Notes: generated by a model from the letters alone, not told the origin. Positions 23,746 through 34,536 are shown, counted from the stretch's first letter. The stretch: DNA of 64,000 nucleotides from Podarcis muralis (GCF_964188315.1 NC_135667.1:9734001-9798000); one strand, 5' to 3'. Numbers and translations: made by a program.

Positions 23746-23930
23746 GTGGAAATCATTTGAGACTGTTCTCCTATCTTTTCAGAGGGAAGTCAAAATGGCA
23801 TCACCATTTATCAATCCCTAAATAAAATGGTGAAAGGAGGAGGCCCTTCCAGACCTTTTACAGTACAGAACTAGTTGCTTTTAGGCACTGTTTGTAGCAA
23901 ATGTTCGTCCTGAAACACTGGAAATGATCA

Positions 23931-24108
23931 CCGTGTTTTTCTGTGTATAAGACTAGGTTGGTTGTTGTTTTTTTACCAAAAAATTAGGTTTAAAATTGGG
24001 GCTCGTCTTATACACACGTATTGCTGAGGGGTGCTTTCTTAATTTGGAGTCCCCCCAAATAGGGGGGCGTCTTATACATGGGGGCGTCTTATACACAGAA
24101 AAATACAG
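23931..24108 (-). mobile_element. Tc1/mariner-type MITE, inverted partner of 22326-22484
   Basis: Internal motifs (ggggctcgtcttatac, tttggagtcccc) are the reverse complements of those in 22326-22484; same TIRs. Confidence 0.8.
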
Positions 24109-24201
24109 TAACTGTTGGGATCCATGACGGCCATTGTCTGCATTAATAAAGCCATGGCAATTGTCATTAATCTTGGATTGTTTTGTAGATAGAACAGGAT
24201 A

Positions 24202-24550
24202 AAAGTAAAGGGACCCCTGACCATTAGGTCCAGTTGTGACCGACTCTGGGGTTGCGGTGCTCATCTCGCTTTATTGGCCAAGGGAGCCGGCGTACAGCTT
24301 CTGGGTCATGTAGCCAGCATGACTAAGCTGCTTCTGGCGAACCAGAGCAGCGCACGGAACGCCGTTTACCTTCCTGCCGGAGCGGTACCTATTTATCTAC
24401 TTACACTTTGACTTGCTTTCGAACTGCTAGGTTGGCAGGAGCAGGGACCAAGCAACTGGAGCTCACCCCGTCACAGGGATTCGAACCGCTGACCTTCTGA
24501 TCGGCAAGTCCTAGGCTCTGTGATTTAACCCACATTGCCACCCGCGTCCC
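24202..24550 (-). mobile_element. Sauria SINE, full length
   Basis: gggacgcgggtggc head, Sauria body and tttac tail. 13-bp TSD atagaacaggata at 24189-24201 and 24551-24563. Confidence 0.93.
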
Positions 24551-25189
24551 ATAGAACAGGATATGGGAAGAAATTTAATGAATAGGAAAATAGGGTGGGG
24601 GAGGGTTTTTATTGGTTTGTGCTTTTTACTTCTTGCTTTTATTATGTATCTTGTGCTTTCATATTGCATTCTTATGCTGTGATCTGCCCTGAGACCTGCA
24701 GATGAAGGGTGGTACACAAATTTAATTGCTAAATAAAAATAGTCAACGACTTAATAAAGAAAGACTTTGAAAAATGATTTATGTAAACATATGATATTAT
24801 GAGGAAGGCTGATCTGAAGACCCAAATGATCTTGATTGGTTCAGGTTGGTGACATTGGGATGCAGCTATTAAGATTGCCTTGATCCTTTGAGTGGTGGGT
24901 AGAAATCACATGTGTAATCTGGAAGTGTATAAGAAACATTGATTTGGATGTCGTTCTTTGCAGCCTGTTTATTTTTGAGGGTGTCCCTATGCACATTTGT
25001 ATTTCAACAAAGGACTATATTTTCACTTGGAACCTTCATCTTTTCTTTTGGGATTTCTGGGAGGGATACCACCAGTCTAGGAACCTCTTTTAAATTTATC
25101 CAAAATAAAAATATAGGAACTTGTCTTATACTGAGACAGGCCATTGGTCCAACCAGCTCGGTATAGGCTATATTGACAGATATATAATC

Positions 25190-25415
25190 TGAACCATTTA
25201 TTCCATGGCAATAAACCACTGATCAAGTTCCTTTGTGATGACATGTGGCTTTTGGGATTTCTTGGGTTCATTATTATCATGCTTTCTTTGCATGGCAGCT
25301 TGAGCATTACCGTAGTGCCCTGCACCAATATAATCTGAAATGTCTTGCATATACCTTCTGCCACTGGAAGACAGAGTGCCTATTCCACTGTAATTTCCAT
25401 TGTGACCACAGCCAG
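25190..25415 (+). pseudogene. Highly degraded OR fragment (ECL2-TM6)
   Basis: NKPLIKFLCDDMWLLGFLGFIIIMLSLHGSLSITVVPCTNII*NVLHIPSATGRQSAYST resembles PLIKLVCGDTSLLQFFGFI...PTATGRQKAFST of OR 17974. Confidence 0.75.
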
Positions 25416-25444
25416 GAAGGAAAGGGTTTGAAGTATCTCTTATG

Positions 25445-25733
25445 TACTCACCCTGGGCCAGCAGGGGGATACTGATGATAGTTATGCAAATGAAGGATCG
25501 AAAGTGACGTTCAGTGATTGGATGGATACTGTAGATAGTTATGCAAATGAAGGATCAAAAGTGACGTTCAGTGATTGGATAGTTTTAGAAAGTTGTTACA
25601 GTAACGTGGTACTGGAGCTCTATATAAGCAGGCTGACTGAGCCCTTCAGTTCAGTTCTGTCCTGACCTGTGAATAAACAAGAGCTGTTTGACGAATCGCT
25701 GTGTCGTCTGATATGTTCACCCACAACTTAACA
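25445..25733 (+). mobile_element. LTR-like element with a duplicated octamer/CCAAT block
   Basis: Two copies of gatagttATGCAAATgaaggatc.aaagtgacgttcagtgattggat, then tatataag and aataaa, ending ...ttaaca. The 5' boundary and TSD were not resolved. Confidence 0.6.
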
Positions 25734-26139
25734 ATATCACTGTGTCCTACACTCCAAAATTTGATGTTCTCCACCTCTTCTGTGGCTGCTGTTTCTGTTT
25801 AAAACAATTCCTGTAAGACTAAAGGTGTGTGTGCATTTTACTTCACATGTACTGTAGTCTCACCACTGATTATTAGAAACTGGCTTTTGAGAGACACCTA
25901 CTGTCTGTAGCTAAAGTCTGATGGTGTGGGTCATCAGATGATGGTGGACATAAGTATATGCAGGGTGCAAATAGTCCCATGAAGTGTGGAAATGTCATGC
26001 CCTTTCTCAAGATGCACCATTCCACTGCCGCCGCCATGCAAACTGGTTTTCCTTCAACACTCACAACAGTTGGCAGCATTCTGTGGCCACTGAGGATGTG
26101 CATTGTATTTTTGGTCATCTGGGTAATGACAGTGAGATC

Positions 26140-26303
26140 AGAAGGTCTTGGTATGAGACTTGGGTTCCCCTGGCATTAGGTATGAAGCTGAACCTTCTAG
26201 GCACTCAGTAATGATCATCCCCAAGTGCCTTCATATAAGCTTCATCTTACTGATAATTCATACTGTGTAAAGGAGAAAGACACTATACCAAGCCATGGCA
26301 AGA
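26140..26303 (+). promoter_or_regulatory. Putative promoter and first exon of the OR at 28440, ending ATG|gcaaga (GC donor)
   Basis: Paralogue of 21580-21745. catataag at about 26232, ATG at 26295-26297. Confidence 0.5.
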
Positions 26304-27475
26304 ACCAAAAGAACCAATTGCATTTCATTACCTTGATATGGCCAATAAATGTTAACACTGACTGCAGGAAGAGAAGGCAGAGGCTGTAATGAATTGCGTT
26401 CATCAACCTACAGAAGGCTTTTTGAATCACTGGAGTATCTACACCTGACAAATATTTCAGGGATCCACATGTGGATGACAAGTGGAATTGAAAATATCTG
26501 TCCCTTTGTCCAGTCTGCTGTTTGAATGCTCTTCCAGATAAAATGGGGTTCTGTGAGTATAAACAAAGGAGATTGGTACAACCCAGCATGTTGTATGTTC
26601 AATTTGTTGTAGAGTATTCAATACACATGGACATTTGATATGAAGACTAATAGGGATTCTTTAAAGGGGGATATTCAATTAAAATTAAAAGAAGAACAAT
26701 CCCTCCACATACACATCAGGCGGTTCTAAATTTAATCATTCATGTATACCTCTTATATTCCTGTTACACATAGTGTGATGGTTCAATGCAATTAAACAAT
26801 GTCTCCACCACCAGGGGTGCCAACTTGAAGAAAATATTGAGGGGGGTGGTAGGTCAGCCCCACCCCACATAACTGATCACATGACATGGTCACACACACC
26901 ATTTGAATGGCAATGTCCATCAACTTGGGGGGGGGTGCCCCCTCAATTATTTTATTGGGTGGGGCTCCTATGTCTGTGTCATGGGCCAGGAGTCAGCTTC
27001 ACCTGCTGAGCAGCAGCCTGAAGGAGCAGAAGGTGAAGTGACTCCACCTGCTGCTGATCAGCCTTCTTGCTCCTAAAGAGAACCAGCTGGCTCCAGCTTT
27101 CTTAAGTAGGGTTTCCAGCCTCAATCACGTGCTGGACACAACTTTTGTCATTCCTGAACAGACCTTGCTGCTTCTTGCAGCCTTGGACCCCCGGCTTTCT
27201 TGACCTCCTGGATCGTCTGGCTACATGAACTGAGATACTCCTGACCTTAGGACTTGATTGGACCTTGTATATGGACTCTGCCTCCAGGCACATACCCCTT
27301 TGAGACTTGGCTGGTTGGCTGACTTCTCCCTCCATTGAGCTCTGGCATGGCTGGCAGCACAGGACTACAACAGTCCACCACTGATTTCTTAGGCAGTCTT
27401 CAGAGAAAGAGCTGAACTGGGACAATCTGCCTGGAATCTTTCAGTGCAAAAAGAGTGGGACCAACAAAAAACGTT

Positions 27476-28264
27476 TTATGAGAAATCCATTTCCGACCTG
27501 GGAGGAGAGGGGGTTGCGGGCAGAAATCCCTCCCACATCTCACACGTGGGGGCTGGCCCTTGCCCCCGCGTGGTTAGGGAATCCCCGGGCGTGTCGGCGA
27601 CCCGGCCCGCCAATTAGCGGGCTGGGGAGGCGTGGCCTAGCCTATTTAAGACTAGGCACGCCCGGGGACCGCCCTCTTTGCCCCTTTCCAGCTGAGCGGT
27701 TTTCCCATCCCACCCTCCCTTTAGGTTTAGCTAGCTTTGACCTTGCTATGGACTTCGGTTGGTTGCCGCAAGGGGCCTGGTAGGAATTTTTCCAAGTTGG
27801 CACACTTCGAGCCTTTTGGTTTTTTCGCCTACCTCGTAGCAAACGTCACAACTTATTCGGTATTGGCGGTTAGGCATTGGCAGGGGTCAATTGTTATGCA
27901 AATGAAGGGGGGAAGGAAGCGCCATCACCTTCCCCAAAAGAAAGGGTAGTCCGGTAGAGGACTCCAGGGGGCGTGGCCTTGTCCGAAACCTAGGGAGGTA
28001 AGGGCCTCCAGCACGCCCCAGAGCGGTGACACCCGTGGGATCCTAGTTGGCATACTTCAACAGGACTCCCACGGCTTGTGGACAACCCTTCCCGGTCCCC
28101 ATGCCGGGTAGTTGATAGGAGCCAATGCCTAAGGCCAATACCTTCCAATTCTGTAATCAATAAAGTTGTGGCCTTTTTATGCCCATTAACCTTAAATACT
28201 GTGTCCAGTGTCTTCATTTCACATGGGGGAGGGGACTTGCCACGCAAGTGAAGTATTCTCATAA
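27476..28264 (+). mobile_element. CpG-rich LTR-like terminal repeat (ERV/Gypsy solo LTR or DIRS/Ngaro-type repeat)
   Basis: 9-bp inverted ends ttatgagaa/ttctcataa, GC boxes, ctatttaag, an octamer, and aataaagttgtggcc near the 3' end. No TSD found. Confidence 0.6.
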
Positions 28265-28439
28265 TTGAAAAAATAATAATCACTGGCTTGCAGAAGATGA
28301 CTTTATATGAATGTTTAAGGTGAAGATGAGAGGTGTTTGTATCCTTTTAACCTCAGGAAAGAGGGGAGGTGGCCTGCCTTGAATGCTACAAACTCTACCA
28401 TTTTTAATTTGTCTGTGTGCCCACTTGACCATTTTGTAG

Positions 28440-29393
28440 CTCAATCTGGAGCCAAGAAATCATAGCAAACCAGAGCAGGTGACAGAGTTCATCTTGATTG
28501 GCTTCCAACTTCCTAGGTGCTTGGAGCTCTTCATTTTTGTGGTGCTTCTTCTCAGTTTCCTGCTAACGTTAGCTGGGAATATCTCCATCATCACACTGGT
28601 ATGTCTGGACCAGCGTATCCAAACCCCCATGTACTTTTTCCTCTGTAACCTCTCACTCATGGAGGTCTTCTTTGTCATATCTATCATCCCCAAGATGCTG
28701 GTGAACATGGTTTCTCTGAACAAAGCCATCTCTTTCTTGGGCTCTGTGGCCCAGTGCTATTTCTACTTCTCCTTTGCTACCAGTGAAACCATCCTTATTG
28801 CCGTGATGGCCTTTGATCGCTATGTTGCCATCTGCAGACCATTTCGCTATGCCATCATCATGAATGGATGGGTCTGCACCTATTTGGTCCTGGGTTGCTG
28901 GATGGGTGGCTTCCTTTCTATCCTTGCCCCAATCATTTTGCTCTCTTACCTTTCCTACTGTGGCTCTAATATTATAGACCATTTCTTCTGTGACTATGCC
29001 CCAATGATAAAACTTTCCTGCAATGACGTGTATGCTCTCCTGGCTGTGGAGACTGCCCTGTCCTCAGTGGTGCTCCTTGGCTCTTTAACGGTCACTGTTG
29101 TCTCTTATGTCTACATCATCGCAACCATCTTATGCATGCATTCCACCAAAGGTCGGCAAAAGACATTTTCCACCTGTGCATCTCACATCACTGTTGCCTC
29201 CATCTTTTATGGCAGTTCAATCTTTATGTACTCTTTGCCCAATCAGGGACGTTCTCAGGCTGTCCAGATGGCACTTGCTGTCCTTACCTCAGTGGTGACA
29301 CCATTACTAAACCCATTTATTTATACTCTAAGGAATCAGAAGGTCAAAGAGGCCTTAAAAGACTGTTTAAGGAGGTGGAATGAGTGGAAATAA
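28440..29393 (+). CDS. Olfactory receptor main coding exon; start ATG probably on the upstream exon (26295-26297)
   Basis: Motifs IQTPMYFFLCNLS, MAFDRYVAIC, DHFFCD, KTFSTCASH, PLLNPFIYTLRN. Phase-0 acceptor ttttgtag at 28439 gives LNLEPRNHSKPEQVTEF. No ATG before TM1. Confidence 0.88.
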   Translation, partial: LNLEPRNHSKPEQVTEFILIGFQLPRCLELFIFVVLLLSFLLTLAGNISIITLVCLDQRIQTPMYFFLCNLSLMEVFFVISIIPKMLVNMVSLNKAISFLGSVAQCYFYFSFATSETILIAVMAFDRYVAICRPFRYAIIMNGWVCTYLVLGCWMGGFLSILAPIILLSYLSYCGSNIIDHFFCDYAPMIKLSCNDVYALLAVETALSSVVLLGSLTVTVVSYVYIIATILCMHSTKGRQKTFSTCASHITVASIFYGSSIFMYSLPNQGRSQAVQMALAVLTSVVTPLLNPFIYTLRNQKVKEALKDCLRRWNEWK

Positions 29394-29720
29394 TTTGAGG
29401 CTCTTCTCCCCTCTGTGGCAGGGGGCAACTGCAGGGTCAATATAAAACAAGCGAAGTGAATGATGTAGAAAATGAATGGGATGATGCAATATATATATAT
29501 ATCTTTGTAAAGCCTTATGGCATTGAAGTTCTTGATATTTGCCATTAGCAGAGAGAGAGCTATGATGAGATATGATCAGTGGCTTAAATCAGTTTGAAAA
29601 ATAATATTTATAACTAAATATTATTTAGTAATAGAGAAAATCTGTGAATGACATTTTGTTAGTTTTATGAGTCATTGAATGAATACCCCATCATTCCTTC
29701 AAGGAGCTCATTGTGGTGTA

Positions 29721-29830
29721 CAGTGGTACCTTGGGTTACAAACACGTTGAGTAACAAACACTTCTGGTTACCCGGAAGTAGTATCTCCCTCCGTTCAGAG
29801 GGAATCCGCCATTACCGCTGGCGCCGCCTC
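29721..29830 (+). mobile_element. Truncated Tc1/mariner-type MITE end at the duplication breakpoint
   Basis: ta|cagtggtaccttgggttac TIR; sequence switches at about 29830 to the inverted copy of 11487 and below. Confidence 0.7.
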
Positions 29831-30410
29831 CGGAAGCCGAAATCCTTAGCAATTTGGAATGGAATGGTAAACCTGCCATCCACCCAACATGCCTTTACCT
29901 ACCCTAAAAATTCACTCATAAACCCTGCCTTTTCTGGGGCACAACTGATCTCATGAACAGGTATGTGTCTAGCCCTGTATAAATATCAGGAATACACACA
30001 TTTAACTGCATAATAAGGGCTTCATCAGTGTGTGAGAGCATATCTATAGATCTGTGTTTATCAGTTTGGCAGGGCTATTATTTTTAAAGGATCAAATTGT
30101 GGAATTGCAAGGCAGTTCCACACAAATAGATGTGGAAACAGAATTAAGGCATGTGAATGACATGTGAGCCAAAATCAATAGATCTCCTTGTTCCTATTTC
30201 AATTACATATAGTACATCTATAATAATCCCCCTCCCCCGCAAAAAACACACCCTCAGATTGAAGGGAAAAGGCTTGAGGGGTGAATGACAGCTATGTTCT
30301 TTTGAAGGAAGACAGCTGAAGGCAGCCCTGTATCAGGAAATTTTTAATGTCTGATGTTTTACAATTTTTATATATGCTGTAAGTGACCCAGAGTGGCTGG
30401 GAAAACCCAG

Positions 30411-30541
30411 NNNNNNNNNNNNNNNNNNNNNNNNNNNNNNNNNNNNNNNNNNNNNNNNNNNNNNNNNNNNNNNNNNNNNNNNNNNNNNNNNNNNNNNNNN
30501 NNNNNNNNNNNNNNNNNNNNNNNNNNNNNNNNNNNNNNNNN
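30411..30541. other. Assembly gap (131 N)
   Basis: N run at the position homologous to the microsatellite tail at 10857-10968. Confidence 1.
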
Positions 30542-31236
30542 ACCACTTTTGCTATTATATTCATGGTATTCCTTCCCTTTCCGCCTGTGGTCCTTTAGGA
30601 ACTGTGGCTGGACTCCAGTTACACACTTTTTGAAATCTTAGAGCTCTCTCACAGCCATTTTGGGCAGGAAGGCTTCTATGTACTCTGACTTCAAGCCACA
30701 GACGCCGTACATGGTAATTTTCTGGCCTGAGCTCTGTGATGGTTAGCAAAGCTGTTGTAGCAATTTCCTGCCACAATCCCATTGGCTCAGCTTGTGATTT
30801 TGGTAATCTAACCATTGTCACAGTGAAGTCAGACTCTCTTTCAGGGCAGAGGCAGTCACAATACAATGGACATGGTGAGATGAGGTATTACGGAGCCTGA
30901 GGCAAAGGGCATGATGTCACCTTCCCTCCAGCTACAGAAACCACCTATACTTAATCTTAGGGTCTTGGGCAAAAAGTTTCTTGCATTTCATGTCTTTTGA
31001 TTAGATGACCCTTGTGGTCCTTTTCAACTTCATGATTCTATGACTCCGATTCTGAGTCAATGTATGAAACAGGAGGCTGAACTATATGCTTCCCTGGTCT
31101 GATCCAGGCAGGCTTGGCTTAACTTCATAATCAACCAAACAAAGATCAATGAGTTTCTACTGAATGAGGATGAGGATGATGATACTTATCTATACTCATC
31201 TTTTGCCAGCAGATAACTCATGAAAGTCAAGACTTT

Positions 31237-32199
31237 ATGGGGAACAAAACAAAGATCAATGAGTTTTTACTGCTGGGATTCACTGAGAATGGCAAACTAG
31301 AGATATTTTTCTTTGTACTTTTCTTAATCATGTACCTGATGGCTGTAACGGGAAACATGATCATTATCACCATCACTCTCATGGATTTCCGCCTCAGAAC
31401 ACCCATGTATTTCTTCCTACGGAATTATGCCATCTTGGAGATTGGATACACCACTGCTGCCATCCCAAAGGCGTTGTTCAACCTTGCATCTGGCAGGAAA
31501 ACAATCTCGTATGCTGGATGTATAAGTCAATTCTTTTTCTATTTCTTCCTGGGCACCACAGATTTCTTTCTGCTGACTGTGATGTCCTTTGACCGATGTA
31601 TGGCCATCTGCAACCCCCTAAGGTACACCACCATCATGAATGAGAAGTTCTGCACACTTTTGGTGCTGTTCTCTTGGATTGGGTCGCTTGCTGGGACATT
31701 GGCCCAAACCCTGCTATCAGTTCAATTTCCTGTTTGTGGCTCCAACATCATTGACCATTTCTTCTGCGACAGCAAACCATTAACCCATCTTCTCTGTGGT
31801 GATACACATTTCCTAGAGCTCTCCAGCTTTATTCTTTCGGTGTTTACGCTACTGGGGACTTTAGCTATCACCGTTGTGTCCTATGTGAATATAATCTCAA
31901 CTGTTCTCCACATCCCAACTGCTGCAGGGAGGCAGAAGGCCTTTTCCACCTGTGCTTCCCACATCACCATTGTCACTGTTGCCTATGGAAGCTGCATCTC
32001 TATGTACATCATACCAGATCAGGGTGATGGGCAAAACTTCAACAAAGTAGTGTCTGTTCTTAACAATGTGGTTTGTCCTCTAATGACCCCCTTTGTATAC
32101 AGCCTGAGGAACAGGCAGGTCCAAGATGCTTTGAAAAATGCTTTTGCCTGCAAGCATGTATTTAATAAAATTCAGACAAACTCATGCAGTTTGAAATGA
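31237..32199 (+). CDS. Olfactory receptor, family-6-like, 320 aa; recent paralogue of 8687-9649 (DRY changed to DRC)
   Basis: All OR motifs present. 29 amino-acid differences from the 8687-9649 product by manual alignment. Confidence 0.94.
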   Translation: MGNKTKINEFLLLGFTENGKLEIFFFVLFLIMYLMAVTGNMIIITITLMDFRLRTPMYFFLRNYAILEIGYTTAAIPKALFNLASGRKTISYAGCISQFFFYFFLGTTDFFLLTVMSFDRCMAICNPLRYTTIMNEKFCTLLVLFSWIGSLAGTLAQTLLSVQFPVCGSNIIDHFFCDSKPLTHLLCGDTHFLELSSFILSVFTLLGTLAITVVSYVNIISTVLHIPTAAGRQKAFSTCASHITIVTVAYGSCISMYIIPDQGDGQNFNKVVSVLNNVVCPLMTPFVYSLRNRQVQDALKNAFACKHVFNKIQTNSCSLK

Positions 32200-32832
32200 T
32201 GGAAGGAAGGGGAGTTATGAACTGGTTAAAGTAGACCCATGAAACCCAAAAATAGTTTTCTCATTAAAACAAAAGCCTTCATTGGTGTGAAAAACCTCTG
32301 AATTACCACCAGATCCTTATTTCATAGTCCGAAGATCGTAGAATCATACAGGTATCTTGTCATCAGCCAGCCATCTCATTTGTACAGCCCTACATATGCA
32401 GTTTGGTCAGCAAAACGACTCTCTGAGGCAGGAAGCCTGTGCCCCTGTTCATATATTCTGCCAGGGTGGTTACAGTTCTCTGGTCACACCTATACCATAC
32501 ATTTAAAGCACTTTTATACCACTTTAAAAATAATGGATTTCCCCAAAGTTTTCTGGGAACTGTAGTTTACTGAGGGTGCTGGGAACTGCAGCTCTGCAAG
32601 ATTTGACTAGCAACCCTCATGCGACCTCCATTCTCGTGAAAACTGGGGCTTCTGGTTGGAATACCCTGTTGTGAGAAGTCCGATTTGTGAGAGAAACAGA
32701 TCACATAAAACGTGCTGTTGTGTGCTTTTAATGCACAAACATTTTTGCCACCGTCTACACAACATGGTTGGCATCAGAATCCCCCACCCCCATTTAATCT
32801 GGATTTATCCTTTCAGGGGGAATTCTAATAAA

Positions 32833-32870
<38 letters not shown>

Positions 32871-33680
32871 TATCTGAACAACTCCTTTTGCAATACTAAG
32901 AGTTGTCTTCACTGTTAGTCCTACTCAGAATAGACCCATTGAAATTAATATAGCTACCAATTTAGGCCAATTAATTTCAGTGGGTAGAACTTAGTTGGCT
33001 ACAGTCCTAAATTCAAATCCAGAAGTTCCCAAAAGAGGCTCCCATCAGGTATCCTGGTGAAAAAATAGTAAAAATGGCTGATCTGTTGCTAAATATGGTT
33101 GCTTGTTACAATCTGCTTCATTGGGTCAACGGTGGACAAACTTGATGAGCCTTTCTCCCTCTAATAGTTTTCTCATGAAATCTGCCAGTGATAGCTACTG
33201 TGTGAAAAATCAGCTTGGGACGGGGAAAAGGCACTGGGATGATGTAAGAAAACCACTCTGATGTCATACCCTCCAAATTCTGGAGATCTGATACCAGGAT
33301 GTGTATCTTCTGGGATGTACACCCAGGCGAGTCATGTGACCCATGCCTCACTGTACCCTGATAAAAGTGCTTTTCCGGGGTGAGACGGCGAGAGTTCGCA
33401 GCACGCCAAGTGGCTGTTGTGATCATGCACGAAGAAAAAAGTATGTCCCATTTTTTTTTCTGGGACACACAACAAGTATGTCATGTTTTGAAAGTAAATC
33501 TTAGTGTGGAAAACCAGCTCCACAACCAAAATCTGATGAGGCCTAATTCAACCTGAACCTTGTGCTAGAAACAACTTTGAGAGCAGCTATCTGTATTGAG
33601 TGCCTCAGCTTGTGCAGTCCTAACTTTGAACATAGGATGGAGCTGTGCCATTATGAAGATTGGGGGCAATCTCCTGATAT

Positions 33681-33718
<38 letters not shown>

Positions 33719-34536
33719 TATATATGTATAATTTTATAGCAGGAAAAAAAACCTGTTACTGCATTTACAGTAGCAGAAAAGTTAGCAAAATCCTTTTGAT
33801 CATCTCCCTTGGCAGAAGTTTCAGACTGTAGAGCACTTTAATTAATTCAATAAGTTTTGTAGGCCACTGGGGTTATCTTGCACAAATGTGAACAAAATTA
33901 ATCTATAGGCATGGGACTTAATCAGGCAACAAAGTTTTGAAGAGTTAGTAGCAAACTTTTTGTTCTCTTGGTACATTAGGGGAAGCAGATAATGAGGTTG
34001 GTTTGGAAGGGGAAATCAATTAGCATTTGTTTTGCTAACTGCACACTAATCAGAGAAAGAGGCAGAAAAGTTTTGTGTTTGTTTGTTTGTTTTTAATTGA
34101 AAAGCAACAGACTTAGATTGTCCATCAAGAGTCAAATGGTAAAGTGGAACATCAAACTAATTCATTTGTGATAAAAAGAATATACCCCCCCCAACACACA
34201 CACAAAACCCAATGATTTAACATTCACATAGGTGAAATCTTATTCTATTTATTTTATTGTAAACATTATTGCATTTTATATCCCACATTTCCTCCAAGGA
34301 GCTCATTATTCTCCCCCTCCCCCTTTTATCCTCACAAGAATCCTGCAAGGCGGGTTCGAGGAAAAGAGAGTGACTGATCCAAAGTCACCCAGTGATTTGG
34401 TCTTCCGGGTCCCAGTCTGGCCCTCTGACCACTGCGCCACCCATTGGCCACTAGCCCATGACTACTAGCCAATGATAGCACTCACCATAATGACTGTATG
34501 CCATTTCCAGGACCAGAAGCATCATGCTTCTGAATA

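Larger units (their letters stand above)
29831..32350 (+). repeat. Inverted segmental duplicate of about 8510-11487, including the OR gene
   Basis: Flanks and CDS align as reverse complements. About 500 bp (roughly 9930-10450 of the other copy) is missing here. Confidence 0.93.

Noticed and set aside
33118-33529. Overlapping minus-strand ORFs of 116 and 65 aa with moderately high GC
   Set aside because: No recognisable domain, no clear splice or repeat boundaries. It could be a decayed retrocopy, but I cannot support that without a BLASTX search.
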